Of a stretch of DNA of 64,000 nt, positions 19,839 through 30,092 are shown piece by piece. Under the pieces are notes generated by a model. That model saw only the letters and a program-made list of their open reading frames with translations, was not told the origin of the DNA and ran no database searches. The position numbers and the translations under genes are program-made. Origin of the DNA: an uncultured cyanobacterium (GTDB lineage Bacteria; Cyanobacteriota; Cyanobacteriia; PCC-9006; JAAUQQ01). The DNA lies in NCBI GenBank assembly GCA_963718615.1, contig OY970368.1:1248001-1312000 (forward strand), in the 5' to 3' direction. The first letter of the stretch is position 1; every line of letters starts with the position of its first letter.

Positions 19839-20054
19839 ATGTCTTCTATTCCCCAAGAATCCCCAAAAGAGTCTGCTGTCGATGGCCAAGGTGCCGTGGC
19901 AGGTAGCCCAGAACCCACACCTGAGCTTTCAGATGTTAATAGTCTCATGACCCCTGCAGAACAGCAGACTTCCGAACAAAATGTGTCCCTCAAAGAGGCT
20001 TTAGACCATCGTGATGAAGATCGCTGGGAATTGAATGCTAGCTCATCATCGTAG
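19839..20054 (+). CDS. Small acidic hypothetical protein
   Basis: ATG 19839 in frame; overlaps the convergent gene end. Confidence 0.5.
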   Translation: MSSIPQESPKESAVDGQGAVAGSPEPTPELSDVNSLMTPAEQQTSEQNVSLKEALDHRDEDRWELNASSSS

Positions 20055-21618
20055 AAGTACCCAAAGAAAATGACTGAGTGGGAGAACAATGCCATTCTCG
20101 TTCTACCCGCTCTACTACATAGGGGGATAACTTAATCTCAAGATCATTATGGGCTTGAATATCAATGCGGGCAAAGGAATAGGGACGATGTTTACGATTG
20201 CCTTGGCCATTGCGACCTAAAAATAACTGAGACTGGGCGATAACTGGTGCATGTTCGCCTCGACCTTCTCGCAGGAGAGGCCCCTCCTGACGTTGTCTTC
20301 GTAGGCTAAAGCCACTGCCTCCGCAGACGAGCCAATTGATTTGGCGATCGCCATGCCCCGTCTCCTCTGTTTTCAGGTATTCCAAACAGTGAGCATGGCC
20401 GCAAATAACCAAGTCAACGAGGGATCGCCCTTGATTTTTGCGACCAATCTGAGCCTGAACCTGGTCTAAAACCCAGCGTAAGTTGTGCCGAACTGCGAGA
20501 GTTTGGCCTTGATCCCATTTGGTACTTTCGGTAACGTAGGGAGGATGATGAAAAAGCAAAACTCTACCCCGTGCATCCGATTCCCAGGACCGTACTAACT
20601 GTTCACACAGCCAGTCGAGCTGAGCTTGGTCAAGATATTCTGATTGTTCAGACGGATCTAGTTGACGGTCAATATCTCGAATTCGCTCCGAGATCTGTTC
20701 CCGTTTAACATAACAATCTTCTAAATCATCGGCATCCTCAGGATTAGCAGGATTAAGGAAAACGGTTTTCTGCAACAAAGCTTGTTGCCGCTGGATTAAC
20801 TTTAATCGCTGTTCTCGTAATTGTTGACGTAGTTGTTCACCCTTTTCAGTCAGGGGAATAGGTAAAGGAGCATTAAAGGTATTAGAATCTAATGCGAAAA
20901 AATCGATACCCCCATATCGAAATTGATAGTAACGATTGGGGAGACGCGTGAACTCCCCCGGTTGATAAACCAAGCAACGACCCTTAGGAGACTCGGCCCA
21001 GTAATGGCGATCGAGATGTCGGGAAAGCTCTGCTCCCTCGTAGTTAGCCAAATAATCCAAAAAAGCGCGGGCGTAGGCATCTCCTTGGAATGAACCATGG
21101 AAGCCCACATCAAAATGAATATGCTGACGAAAGATTCGCCGAAGGGGTTCGCTGAACTTCGAAAGTATTCCCCAAAAAAGCGGCAAATCATAATAATCAT
21201 GATTACCCAGTACCGGCAAAATTGGAGTTTTGAAAATCATTTGATCATAGGCGATCGCCTCAGCTTGTTCTCCTCCGACTAACCATTCTCGATAGGGATC
21301 TACAAAATTTTGAAAATACTGCTCGCTCGACCCAACTAAATAAACAACATCCCCCGTGTGGAGCATAAATCGGCAATCCGCTTGATGAGGCAAAATTGCT
21401 TCTGCAACCCGCCGCTGGGGATGGTCATTGCGATAGGAGCGGGAACCACTATCACCCACTACGAGAAAGGAAAAAGCTGTTTCCTGGGACCGTCCATCCT
21501 CCAACCTAAATGTTGTTTGGTCAATCTGACGATGGCGGAGCGCTGATTCCTGCCAACGGACCCGCCGTTGCATCTGGCTGATTTTGAGGGCGATCGCTGG
21601 GTCAGAGATAAATTGCAT
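20038..21618 (-). CDS. Metallophosphoesterase with internal coiled-coil insertion
   Basis: GDSG, HTGDVVY, GNHD, HHPPY, GHAH motifs. Confidence 0.88.
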   Translation of the reverse strand: MQFISDPAIALKISQMQRRVRWQESALRHRQIDQTTFRLEDGRSQETAFSFLVVGDSGSRSYRNDHPQRRVAEAILPHQADCRFMLHTGDVVYLVGSSEQYFQNFVDPYREWLVGGEQAEAIAYDQMIFKTPILPVLGNHDYYDLPLFWGILSKFSEPLRRIFRQHIHFDVGFHGSFQGDAYARAFLDYLANYEGAELSRHLDRHYWAESPKGRCLVYQPGEFTRLPNRYYQFRYGGIDFFALDSNTFNAPLPIPLTEKGEQLRQQLREQRLKLIQRQQALLQKTVFLNPANPEDADDLEDCYVKREQISERIRDIDRQLDPSEQSEYLDQAQLDWLCEQLVRSWESDARGRVLLFHHPPYVTESTKWDQGQTLAVRHNLRWVLDQVQAQIGRKNQGRSLVDLVICGHAHCLEYLKTEETGHGDRQINWLVCGGSGFSLRRQRQEGPLLREGRGEHAPVIAQSQLFLGRNGQGNRKHRPYSFARIDIQAHNDLEIKLSPYVVERVEREWHCSPTQSFSLGTSTMMS

Positions 21619-21796
21619 ACAACTTGCAGAATCAAGGAACAAGAATCAAGAAATAGGAACGTTTTTGCAAAGGTTTTCTAAAATAGGTCTTTCTGAGGGA
21701 ATAGGTTAGAAGGCGGGCTTATTATATCTCAGGTGCCTTACAAAATCGAGATGCTTTCGTCATCCTAAGAAAGCCGACGTATCCATTTCTGTCACT

Positions 21797-22660
21797 ATGC
21801 GACTTAAATCCGCCTTGCACCTGTTTCCCTTGGCATTTCAAAAATGGCGCGAGGATAATGTCTCTCGTTTAGCTGCGGCCCTGGCCTACTATACGATTTT
21901 TTCTCTGGCACCCGTTTTGATTATTGTGATTGCTGTGGCAGGTTTCTTTTTGGGGCAAGATACCGCGCAGGGGGAAGTATTGGCCCAGGTTCGAGACTTA
22001 GTGGGAACTGAAGGGGCGGCGGCGGTGCAAACGATGTTGCAAAGTGCGAGCGATCCCGCATCAGGTCTCTTTGCTACATTGATTAGCCTAGGTCTTTTAA
22101 TCTTTGCCGCATCCAATGTCTTTAACCATTTACGAGAATCGTTAAACTTAATCTGGAAAGTTGAGCCCAAGTCAGACCTATCCTTACCGCAAGTGGTCAA
22201 AAAGCGACTGCTTTCTTTTTGCCTTGTGCCCGCACTGGGGATCTTGCTCTTACTTTCTTTGGGAATTAGCGCAGCATTGTCATTTTTTGCCAATATTATG
22301 CCTGCGGATCAAGTCGTTTGGCTATCTATTTTGAGAACGCTCAACGCATCGATTTTCTTTGTGATCACAGTCTTCTTTTTTGCCCTAATTTATAAGGTAT
22401 TACCGGATGCAAAAATTGACTGGAGTGATGTTTGGATTGGTGCCGGTATGACGGCGATTTTGTTTGCGATTGGGCAATGGGCGATCGCGCTTTATCTCCG
22501 CAACAGTAGCGTGGCCTCGACCTATGGTGCAGCGGGATCCTTTGTTGTTTTACTGCTCTGGATTTATTATTCTGCCCAAATTCTGTTTTTTGGTGCCGAA
22601 TTTACCCAGATTTATACTAATCGCTACGGTTCTCAAATTCGGGCTCGAAGATCTTTCTGA
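21797..22660 (+). CDS. YihY/BrkB family membrane protein
   Basis: AAALAYYTIFSLAP, STYGAAGS..LLWIYYSAQILFFGAEF. Confidence 0.92.
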   Translation: MRLKSALHLFPLAFQKWREDNVSRLAAALAYYTIFSLAPVLIIVIAVAGFFLGQDTAQGEVLAQVRDLVGTEGAAAVQTMLQSASDPASGLFATLISLGLLIFAASNVFNHLRESLNLIWKVEPKSDLSLPQVVKKRLLSFCLVPALGILLLLSLGISAALSFFANIMPADQVVWLSILRTLNASIFFVITVFFFALIYKVLPDAKIDWSDVWIGAGMTAILFAIGQWAIALYLRNSSVASTYGAAGSFVVLLLWIYYSAQILFFGAEFTQIYTNRYGSQIRARRSF

Positions 22661-22767
22661 ACTTAATCCCTCAATTCCCGCTGGAGAGGGAGGTCAAAGC
22701 GCGTAAAAAAGCATTTAATTAAAAGCATCAACTAAAGTAAACACGACGACTGGCCTAGGGAAGCTTT

Positions 22768-25700
22768 ATGAGTTTATATAATACTGTGGAAACCACCTCT
22801 GGAATGATAGGGAGTACTCCTGATGGATGGTCTTTGCTACTGGCACAGCTTGCCCAACCTGGAATTGATACGCCCGAAGAAGCGGCGCTGATTTTTTCAG
22901 GACCTCAATTTTTTATTGCCTTGCTTTCGGGTATTGTGTTGGCATTTGGCTTTCAAATGCTACTGACCAATTTAGCAGTAGCCACGGGCGCGTCCTATTT
23001 GGTTCATCGGCCTAGCTCCAGTTCAGATAGCCTTTCCTTTAAGAAAATCACCGTTGGATTTGGCCTTTGGACTCTAGTAACGGTGAGTTTGGCTTTGTTT
23101 GCAGCATGCTTACTTGCCGTTAAATTAAGCCTGTTCAATAATGTGTTGATGGGGGTGGTTACGGGCCTGGTTATTTGGGGCATGTATTTCACCTTGCTGG
23201 TGTGGATTAGTTCCACGACCGTGGGCTCGCTGTTGGGTTCTGTTTTCAAAACGGCAACCTCTAGTTTTCAAGAACTGGTGGGGACAGCAACTGCCGCGCT
23301 GGGAGCCAAGTCGGTGAGCAATCAACTGGCTGAAACGGCTGAATCAACGGTGGCAGCAATTCGGAAGGAGCTTTCTTCGGGACTAAATGACGAAACCCTG
23401 CGGGACAACCTAAAGGACTATTTAGTTGCTTTGCGATCGCCTCAACTAGACACCCAAAACCTAGAGCAGGTTTTCGAACAATGGCTGCAAGATTCGGGTA
23501 TGTTGGCTCAGGTCGACCGAGATACCTTGGCCCAATCGGTGAATCGTCAGTCGTTTATTGACCTGGTTCAAAGCCGGACAGATCTCTCTCGCCAGGAAAC
23601 GGAACGCATTGCCGGTCAGCTCTATCGAATTTGGCAAAAGCATCTGGATCAAGCCGGTGCTGCGCAACAGCCTATTCAGGAATTGATGGGCTATCTACGC
23701 TCGGCTCAGTCGGAGGAACTACACTCCGAAAAAATGGGCGATCGCCTAGAACGTTTGCTCAGCCGCTGGAGTCGTTCGCCGGTTTCGGGCCAGGCTGGCC
23801 AACCCCTCAGCCAGGGATTCAATGTCCTTATGGGCATCCTTTTAGAACGGGCGGATCTGTCGGATCAGGACTTGGAAGGTATTGTTCGGCGGTTGAAATC
23901 GATCTATCGGCAGGTGATGGGAGAGCTGGGAGAGCGTGGCGTTTTCGCTGATCGTGCGGGAGTTCCTCCTCAACTTGTGGGTCTTGATGCCCAATCAGAC
24001 CGGTTTAGCCCGCTGCGGGAAGAAGTGGCTAACTATCTGCGCCAAACCTATAGTTGGCAATTCAAAGGCGATCGCCTTGATCAATCCTTCCAAAATTTAC
24101 TCTATGATGCAGATGCGGATCCTAGCGCGATGCGCCGTAGCGTAGAGCAAGTCGACCGCAGCTATTTTATAGAGATTTTGCAGTCGCGGGGGGTATTTAC
24201 CCAAACTGAAATTCGGGATATCAGTCTACGGCTAGAAATCATTCGTCAGCAGGTTCTAAACGACTTGATTGCGGCTGAACGGGTTCAGGTGGATAAGCAT
24301 CTACGCCGTAAACTGGAAACATTCTTTAAATTCACTCCTCGGGACGAGCTGATGGCTCCTATGGGCCTAGAAGCCTTTGAACAATTGGTTGGCGATGACG
24401 AAGCAACGGTGACCCAACTTCAAGAGCGCTATGCCCCTTTTGACTATGCCTGGATGTATCAGTTTTTCTCGGCCAACCCCCAACTGGTTGAAAGTGAAGC
24501 GGAAAAGTTGGCCCGACAATATCGATTGGTTTTGGATCGAAAACTGGCGGATGTCTCCAATCTGCAAGAGGCGACAAAGCTGCGGTTGGCTGAGCAATGG
24601 CAGTCCCTAGAAACCCATCTACGCCACACGCAAAAATCTGAACTTAATCCTGACGGCATTCGGCGTGATCTGAAAACCCTGCTGGAAGAGCCCAATGTGG
24701 GTATTCAACGTCTGCGATTCCGCTTAGCCCAATTTGATCGGGAAACCCTAGTGGCCACCCTGGCAGAACGCCCTGACATGAGTCGTGAGGAAGCTGAGCA
24801 GCTCGTCTCAGAAATTGAAACAAGCTGGACACAAGTTCTGCAAACGCCTCAGCATCTTAAGGAAATGGCCCAGTCTGCCCAAGCGGCTGCCCAAGAACAA
24901 TATGAGCAGGCAACTCAGGCGATCGCCCAATACCTACGCAATACGGGCAAGGCTGAACTCAACCCCGACGGCATTAGCCGAGACCTACAGCAATTGCTGG
25001 ATGATCCAAAGGCCGGTTTGACGGCGCTGCGCGATCGCCTCTCCCATATGGACCGTGATACGCTGGTTCAGTTGCTCAGTCAACGGGATGATCTCTCTGA
25101 AGCAGAAGTGCAATCCGCCATCGATCATTTTCAGTCCGCTGTGCAAAACCTTATTAAAGCGCCGCGTCGGTTAGCCCGTCGTGCTCAGGTTGAACTGTAC
25201 TCCTTTGAGCAGGCATTAGCGGACTATCTGCGGAACACCGGCAAAGCTGAACTCAATCCGACGGGCATCAAGCGCGATCTTGAAATGCTGGTTCAAGATC
25301 CTCGGCTGGGGGCAGATCTGATTGGTAATCGCCTTTCTCGCATGGACCGTTCAACCCTAACGGCGTTGCTGGCGCAGCGCAATGATCTCAGCCCTGAAGA
25401 AGCAGAGGCGATTGTGAATCGATTGCTGAGCGTGCGTGACCAAATCCAGTCTCAGTTTAACGCAGTGCAGCGACAACTGAAGGCTTGGGTCGATACGCTT
25501 TTGGCGAGGGTGCGGGATTATCTCAACGCCCTGGAGCGTCCGGAGCTTAACTACGAAGGGATTCGTCGGGATGTTGGCCAGTTATTTGATGACCCCCAGG
25601 CTGGGTTTGGGGCCTTGCGCGATCGCCTCAGCCAGTTTGACCGTGATACCCTGATCGCAGTCCTCAGCTCCCACGACAGCATTTCCCAAACGGACGCCGA

Positions 25701-25926
25701 GCGAGTAGCGCTGCAAATTGAGCAGGCCCGAGATGGTGTTCTACGGCGGGCTGAGCAGATTGAGCATCAGCTAGAAGGCCGTCTCAGTGACCTGAAGCAG
25801 CAAGCGCAAGCGCGGTTTGAAGAAACCCAACGGGCTGCCGAAGCCGCCGCTTGGTGGATGTTTGCCACGGCATTGCTTTCGGCGATTTCATCGGCCATTG
25901 CCGGTGGATTAGCGGTTGCAGGATGA
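22768..25926 (+). CDS. Large membrane-anchored helical repeat protein (1052 aa)
   Basis: N- and C-terminal TM helices; four repeats of ELNP.GI.RDL..L..DP..G. Confidence 0.8.
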   Translation: MSLYNTVETTSGMIGSTPDGWSLLLAQLAQPGIDTPEEAALIFSGPQFFIALLSGIVLAFGFQMLLTNLAVATGASYLVHRPSSSSDSLSFKKITVGFGLWTLVTVSLALFAACLLAVKLSLFNNVLMGVVTGLVIWGMYFTLLVWISSTTVGSLLGSVFKTATSSFQELVGTATAALGAKSVSNQLAETAESTVAAIRKELSSGLNDETLRDNLKDYLVALRSPQLDTQNLEQVFEQWLQDSGMLAQVDRDTLAQSVNRQSFIDLVQSRTDLSRQETERIAGQLYRIWQKHLDQAGAAQQPIQELMGYLRSAQSEELHSEKMGDRLERLLSRWSRSPVSGQAGQPLSQGFNVLMGILLERADLSDQDLEGIVRRLKSIYRQVMGELGERGVFADRAGVPPQLVGLDAQSDRFSPLREEVANYLRQTYSWQFKGDRLDQSFQNLLYDADADPSAMRRSVEQVDRSYFIEILQSRGVFTQTEIRDISLRLEIIRQQVLNDLIAAERVQVDKHLRRKLETFFKFTPRDELMAPMGLEAFEQLVGDDEATVTQLQERYAPFDYAWMYQFFSANPQLVESEAEKLARQYRLVLDRKLADVSNLQEATKLRLAEQWQSLETHLRHTQKSELNPDGIRRDLKTLLEEPNVGIQRLRFRLAQFDRETLVATLAERPDMSREEAEQLVSEIETSWTQVLQTPQHLKEMAQSAQAAAQEQYEQATQAIAQYLRNTGKAELNPDGISRDLQQLLDDPKAGLTALRDRLSHMDRDTLVQLLSQRDDLSEAEVQSAIDHFQSAVQNLIKAPRRLARRAQVELYSFEQALADYLRNTGKAELNPTGIKRDLEMLVQDPRLGADLIGNRLSRMDRSTLTALLAQRNDLSPEEAEAIVNRLLSVRDQIQSQFNAVQRQLKAWVDTLLARVRDYLNALERPELNYEGIRRDVGQLFDDPQAGFGALRDRLSQFDRDTLIAVLSSHDSISQTDAERVALQIEQARDGVLRRAEQIEHQLEGRLSDLKQQAQARFEETQRAAEAAAWWMFATALLSAISSAIAGGLAVAG

Positions 25927-26173
25927 ATGTAGATTGCGCTCAACTTTAAGATCAAAAAGGCTCTAGCCTAAAAACATCTAGCCTAAAAATAAGAGGGGGA
26001 TGATAACATCATGTCCCTTTTTATCTATGTTGGTACTGAGAGATCTAATCCATAAAATAAATCTATTTATAAAACAAAGGGATAAGGTCTTGCCCCATCC
26101 CTTTCATCAAAATTAACTAGGCGATCGCCTTTTAGTTGTCCATTTGTTTTCTAATTGGTTTTCTACTCAGGCT

Positions 26174-26359
26174 TTATTTTTCAACTTTCGGCACAATGTC
26201 AGGCCGCTGCTTATCTTCCCAACCTGCAGGACGCTTAGAGTTGTACCAAGCAATTGAACCAAGGGAAACCGCAGCAATAAAACCGAGGATGACCGATAGA
26301 CTTAAGGCGGTGGCGGGTCCTGCGGATACTGCGGGTTCGGTGGCAAACAAAAAATTCAT
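26174..26359 (-). CDS. psb35: Photosystem II assembly factor Psb35-like protein
   Basis: GFIAAVSLGSIAWYNSKRPAGWEDKQRPDIVPKV recognised from memory; terminator hairpin at 26076-26104. Confidence 0.7.
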   Translation of the reverse strand: MNFLFATEPAVSAGPATALSLSVILGFIAAVSLGSIAWYNSKRPAGWEDKQRPDIVPKVEK

Positions 26360-26695
26360 GGTGGAATTCACTCCAGGTTTGGGTACGAATACTAGGAAAG
26401 AATAGCAATTTCTGTTTTGCTCATTCGTCCCCCTCCAGACAGAAGCGCGATGGCTCCTGGCTCTTCCCTAGGGATATTACTGAGAAACCTAGGGGGTTTG
26501 CTTAAGGGTTATAGAGCCGACAAAACCTGAGATTTATTTTGGAATAATGAATGTTTCATAGAATACAAAATTAAATCCTTAAGGGCACAAATCGTATCAG
26601 TGTATACATACCTAAAGTTTTGTCAACTTCCTCACGAGTTCCTCATAATTAAGTTCTAAACTCTGAAATCTAAAGCGCTAAAAAATTTTAGAAAA

Positions 26696-26884
26696 ATGAC
26701 TTATCAATATCCTCACTTCATTCGCTTTTTGAAAGATGAACTTCGGGTCTCCGAAGCAGAGCTAGCCGTCATCTTGGACCGGAGTGAACCCGACCCCAGT
26801 CTCCTCTCTATGACGCTGTGGCGCTATGGGTTTGTGACCATTGAGCAGCTCGATCGCATTTTTAACTGGCTTGCCCTCACCTAA
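26696..26884 (+). CDS. DUF2949 family protein
   Basis: FIRFLKDEL..L.MTLWRYGFVTIEQLDRIFNWL. Confidence 0.8.
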   Translation: MTYQYPHFIRFLKDELRVSEAELAVILDRSEPDPSLLSMTLWRYGFVTIEQLDRIFNWLALT

Positions 26885-27007
26885 AGCTTTATCAATTACT
26901 CATCGCTGTATAAAGAAGACTCAAAGCTTAACTCCGTCGCCGAAATCAGCTCCTAGTCCGGCTGAATCCCCTGCTGTGACTCTTCTCGGCATTCGATCAA
27001 CTCAGGG

Positions 27008-27892
27008 ATGACCATTCGGCAGTTTCTCAAAAGCTTTGGGCGCTCTTTCGTAGCGGCCATGGCCCTATCTGGGGTTGTGACCGGCTCTGTAGCCCTCTCT
27101 CTTGGCTTGGGCTTTGATCGGTTTCTCACCGCCAGTGCCCAAGACAATGATCTCGGTGACTTAAAAATTACCTATCGTCCGGCTAAACAGGGCCAGCTTC
27201 AGCCTGTTCAGCTAACGTTGGAGCGATCGCGTCTTTTCGAAGGAGTCGTGACAGATCTTAATAAAACGCTCAGTCTTCCTACCGATATCACCGTCGAATT
27301 CCTCGAATGTGGCTCGGCGGATGCCTATTACGATGGTGAGCACATCGGCATTTGCTACGAACTGGTACAGCGCTATAGCGATCGCTTTGCCGCCAAAAGT
27401 GGCAATCCCGAAACCGCTGCCCTCCATGCGGGGTTGTTTACGCTGTTCCATGAACTGGGCCATGCCCTGATTGACCAGTGGAAATTACCTGTCACCGGGC
27501 GCGAAGAAGACGCCGTGGATGAGTTTGCTGCGATCATGCTGCTGTGGGCCAACCAAGGGGATGCGGCGCTGGCCGGGGCGGAGCAGTTCGCCGCCGATGC
27601 CGAAGACTGGGATCCGCTGCCCTTCTGGGATGATCATGGGCTCGATATGCAGCGGTTTTACAACGTGGTTTGCTTGGTCTATGGCCGGGATCCAGAAACC
27701 TCGGCCAATCTCGTGGGCGAAGACTGGTTGCCGAAAGAACGGGCGGAGCTCTGTCCAGCGGAATACGCGCATAAATCCTACGCCTGGGGTCGTCTTTTGG
27801 GTCCCTATCTTAAGCAACCGATTGCGCTGTCAGTTCCGGCACCCCCTCGGCCTTGGAGTACGGCGCGATCGCGAAAGGGGTCGATAAAATAG
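27008..27892 (+). CDS. DUF4344 putative zinc metallopeptidase, exported
   Basis: N-terminal hydrophobic segment; FHELGHALI, GREEDAVD, RFYNVVCLVYG. Confidence 0.85.
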   Translation: MTIRQFLKSFGRSFVAAMALSGVVTGSVALSLGLGFDRFLTASAQDNDLGDLKITYRPAKQGQLQPVQLTLERSRLFEGVVTDLNKTLSLPTDITVEFLECGSADAYYDGEHIGICYELVQRYSDRFAAKSGNPETAALHAGLFTLFHELGHALIDQWKLPVTGREEDAVDEFAAIMLLWANQGDAALAGAEQFAADAEDWDPLPFWDDHGLDMQRFYNVVCLVYGRDPETSANLVGEDWLPKERAELCPAEYAHKSYAWGRLLGPYLKQPIALSVPAPPRPWSTARSRKGSIK

Positions 27893-27931
27893 GATAGATG
27901 CTGATCCTCCTGGCCCAGATTCCTCAATTTC

Positions 27932-29230
27932 ATGTCCCATTTATTGTTCCAACGCTGTTCCCTGTTCCTTGCATTGAGTTGGAGCTTAGCGGGATGCAGG
28001 CTGTGTTTGCCCGAGCCGGTCGGGTCGGGGGGGATACCGTTGCCCTCGGTTCAGCCGAGGCACTGTCAGGCTCCTGCGGCGATTCCCGAAGTCATTAATC
28101 TTGAGAATTTGGACCAGGCGGAGTTTTTGGCCTTTGGCGGTGGGGGCGCGCCGAGCTATAACGAGATTGCCCTGGAAAAAAATATGCTGTATTTCCAGCG
28201 ATCGCTCCAGGCCCTCAATCAACCCGCAGCTCCCATTTTCTTTGCCAATGGCAACAACGGCCAAGCAACGCTGCGCTATCTCGACGAAGCCGGTCGCGAA
28301 CGGTTTAAGGTGCCCAATATTCCCAATCTGCGCGGCCCCGCCACCTGGGATAGCCTAGAGCAGGTGTTTCTCACCTGGATGGACCAGGCCACGGTGCAGC
28401 CCCTGTTCTTCTATTTCACCGGCCACGGCACGCTCAACCCCGTCGATGACAATAACAATGCCTTCATTTTGTGGAAAGAGGACTTCATGAGCGTCCAGGA
28501 CTTCACCACCCGGCTCGATGCTCTGCCAGCGGCCAAGCCGATCGTGGTGATGATGGCCCAATGTTACTCCGGAGCCTTTGCCAATGTGATCTATGAAGGG
28601 GGGGACCCCAATCGGCCTGTGGCGCTGCGCAGCCGCTGCGGCTTTTTTGCGACGACGAAGGATTTACCCTCTGTGGGCTGCACGCCGGAGGTGAATGAAG
28701 CGGACTATCGCGACTATAGCTCCAGTTTCTTTGCGGGGCTGACCGGCCTAGACCGTGTGGGGCAGACGGTGACCTCGGCGGACTACAACCGGGATGGAAA
28801 AATTGCCTATGCTGAAGCTCATGCCTTTGCCAAGATCGATGAGCAGACGAGCGATCGCCCCATTTCCACCCTCGAAGCTTGGCTCCAGCGTCAGCTTCCG
28901 GCTCCGGTGGTGCCGGTGATTTTGCAAAAGCCCTTGAGCGATTGGAGCCAGCGGGCGCGACCGGAACGGGCGGCAGTGATTCGGGCCTTGGGCGATCGCC
29001 TGCGATTCAACCCCCAAAAGTCTTTCAGTCAAAACCAACAGCGTTTGGGCCTGACGAATCTGGCGGCGGATGCTGAGGATCCTGAAGTTGCCATGACGGC
29101 AGCCTATGTGGAGCGGCTGCGCATGGAGTTGCTCAATGTGGCGGCGGAGGAACAAATCCAGGTGTTGAAAAAGCCGCAGCAGATGAAAATTTTGCAGCAG
29201 TTAGTTGACTGCGAAAGCCAAGTTCCCTGA
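27932..29230 (+). CDS. Caspase/C13-like cysteine peptidase, probable lipoprotein
   Basis: Lipobox LAGC; YFTGHG and MAQCYSG His/Cys dyad pattern. Confidence 0.7.
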   Translation: MSHLLFQRCSLFLALSWSLAGCRLCLPEPVGSGGIPLPSVQPRHCQAPAAIPEVINLENLDQAEFLAFGGGGAPSYNEIALEKNMLYFQRSLQALNQPAAPIFFANGNNGQATLRYLDEAGRERFKVPNIPNLRGPATWDSLEQVFLTWMDQATVQPLFFYFTGHGTLNPVDDNNNAFILWKEDFMSVQDFTTRLDALPAAKPIVVMMAQCYSGAFANVIYEGGDPNRPVALRSRCGFFATTKDLPSVGCTPEVNEADYRDYSSSFFAGLTGLDRVGQTVTSADYNRDGKIAYAEAHAFAKIDEQTSDRPISTLEAWLQRQLPAPVVPVILQKPLSDWSQRARPERAAVIRALGDRLRFNPQKSFSQNQQRLGLTNLAADAEDPEVAMTAAYVERLRMELLNVAAEEQIQVLKKPQQMKILQQLVDCESQVP

Positions 29231-29258
29231 TGGTGTTCTTTTGACTCTCTCTTTCCCT

Positions 29259-29900
29259 ATGACTTCTGATGCTCGTCAATTTGCGCCCGCAACTGAACGC
29301 AACCGCCAGCCAATCCTGACTGTTTTGCAGAAGGTTTTGCCGCCGACAGGAATGGTGTTGGAGATTTCTAGCGGCACGGGTCAACATGCGATATTTTTTG
29401 CACCTCGGCTCAAACCGCTAATTTGGTTGCCGAGCGAATTGACTCCGGAAGGACGGGAAAGCATTCAAGCTTGGCGGCAGGCGGAACCGTCGGAGAATTT
29501 GCTGGAGCCGATAACGCTGGATGTGATGGCATCGCCCTGGCCCGTAGAAGACCCTGATTGTCCGGCACTCCAGGACCAGCCTCGGATTCAGGCGATCGTC
29601 AATATCAATATGATTCACATTGCCCCTTGGGAGGCCTGCTTGGCGCTGATGGCAGGGGCGGGGCGAATTTTGCCAGAGGAGGGTGTGCTCTATCTTTATG
29701 GTCCGTACAAACGTAACGGCATGCATACCGCTCCGAGCAATGAAGCCTTTGATCAAAATCTCAAGGAGAGGAACTCGGATTGGGGAGTGCGGGATTTGGA
29801 GGGAGTGATTGCTGCGGCAGAAGCTAAAAATTTGTGGGCACAACAGATTGCAGAAATGCCTGCAAATAATCTGTCTGTGGTCTTCCGCAAAGGCGCTTAG
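29259..29900 (+). CDS. DUF938 SAM-methyltransferase-like protein
   Basis: APATERNRQPI, VLEISSGTGQH, NMIHIAPW, EMPANN. Confidence 0.9.
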   Translation: MTSDARQFAPATERNRQPILTVLQKVLPPTGMVLEISSGTGQHAIFFAPRLKPLIWLPSELTPEGRESIQAWRQAEPSENLLEPITLDVMASPWPVEDPDCPALQDQPRIQAIVNINMIHIAPWEACLALMAGAGRILPEEGVLYLYGPYKRNGMHTAPSNEAFDQNLKERNSDWGVRDLEGVIAAAEAKNLWAQQIAEMPANNLSVVFRKGA

Positions 29901-29927
29901 GAATAACGATCCAATCACACGCAATCT

Positions 29928-29956
29928 GTAAGTTGGGTTGAGTCTTGTGAAACCTA
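29928..29956 (+). repeat. Degenerate REP-like palindromic element
   Basis: GTAAGTTGGGTTGAG..GAAACCTA resembles the reverse complement of the element at 54684-54717. Confidence 0.45.
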
Positions 29957-30092
29957 GTAGAAGCAAGGCGTTGGGTGCGGATGCGGATGCCGACTGTTAA
30001 ACTGGGGAGCGATCGCGTATTTGAATGTCTAGAGATCTCACCACCTAAAATCCCTAGAATGCTACACTGAATTTTAACGATATCCCACATCA

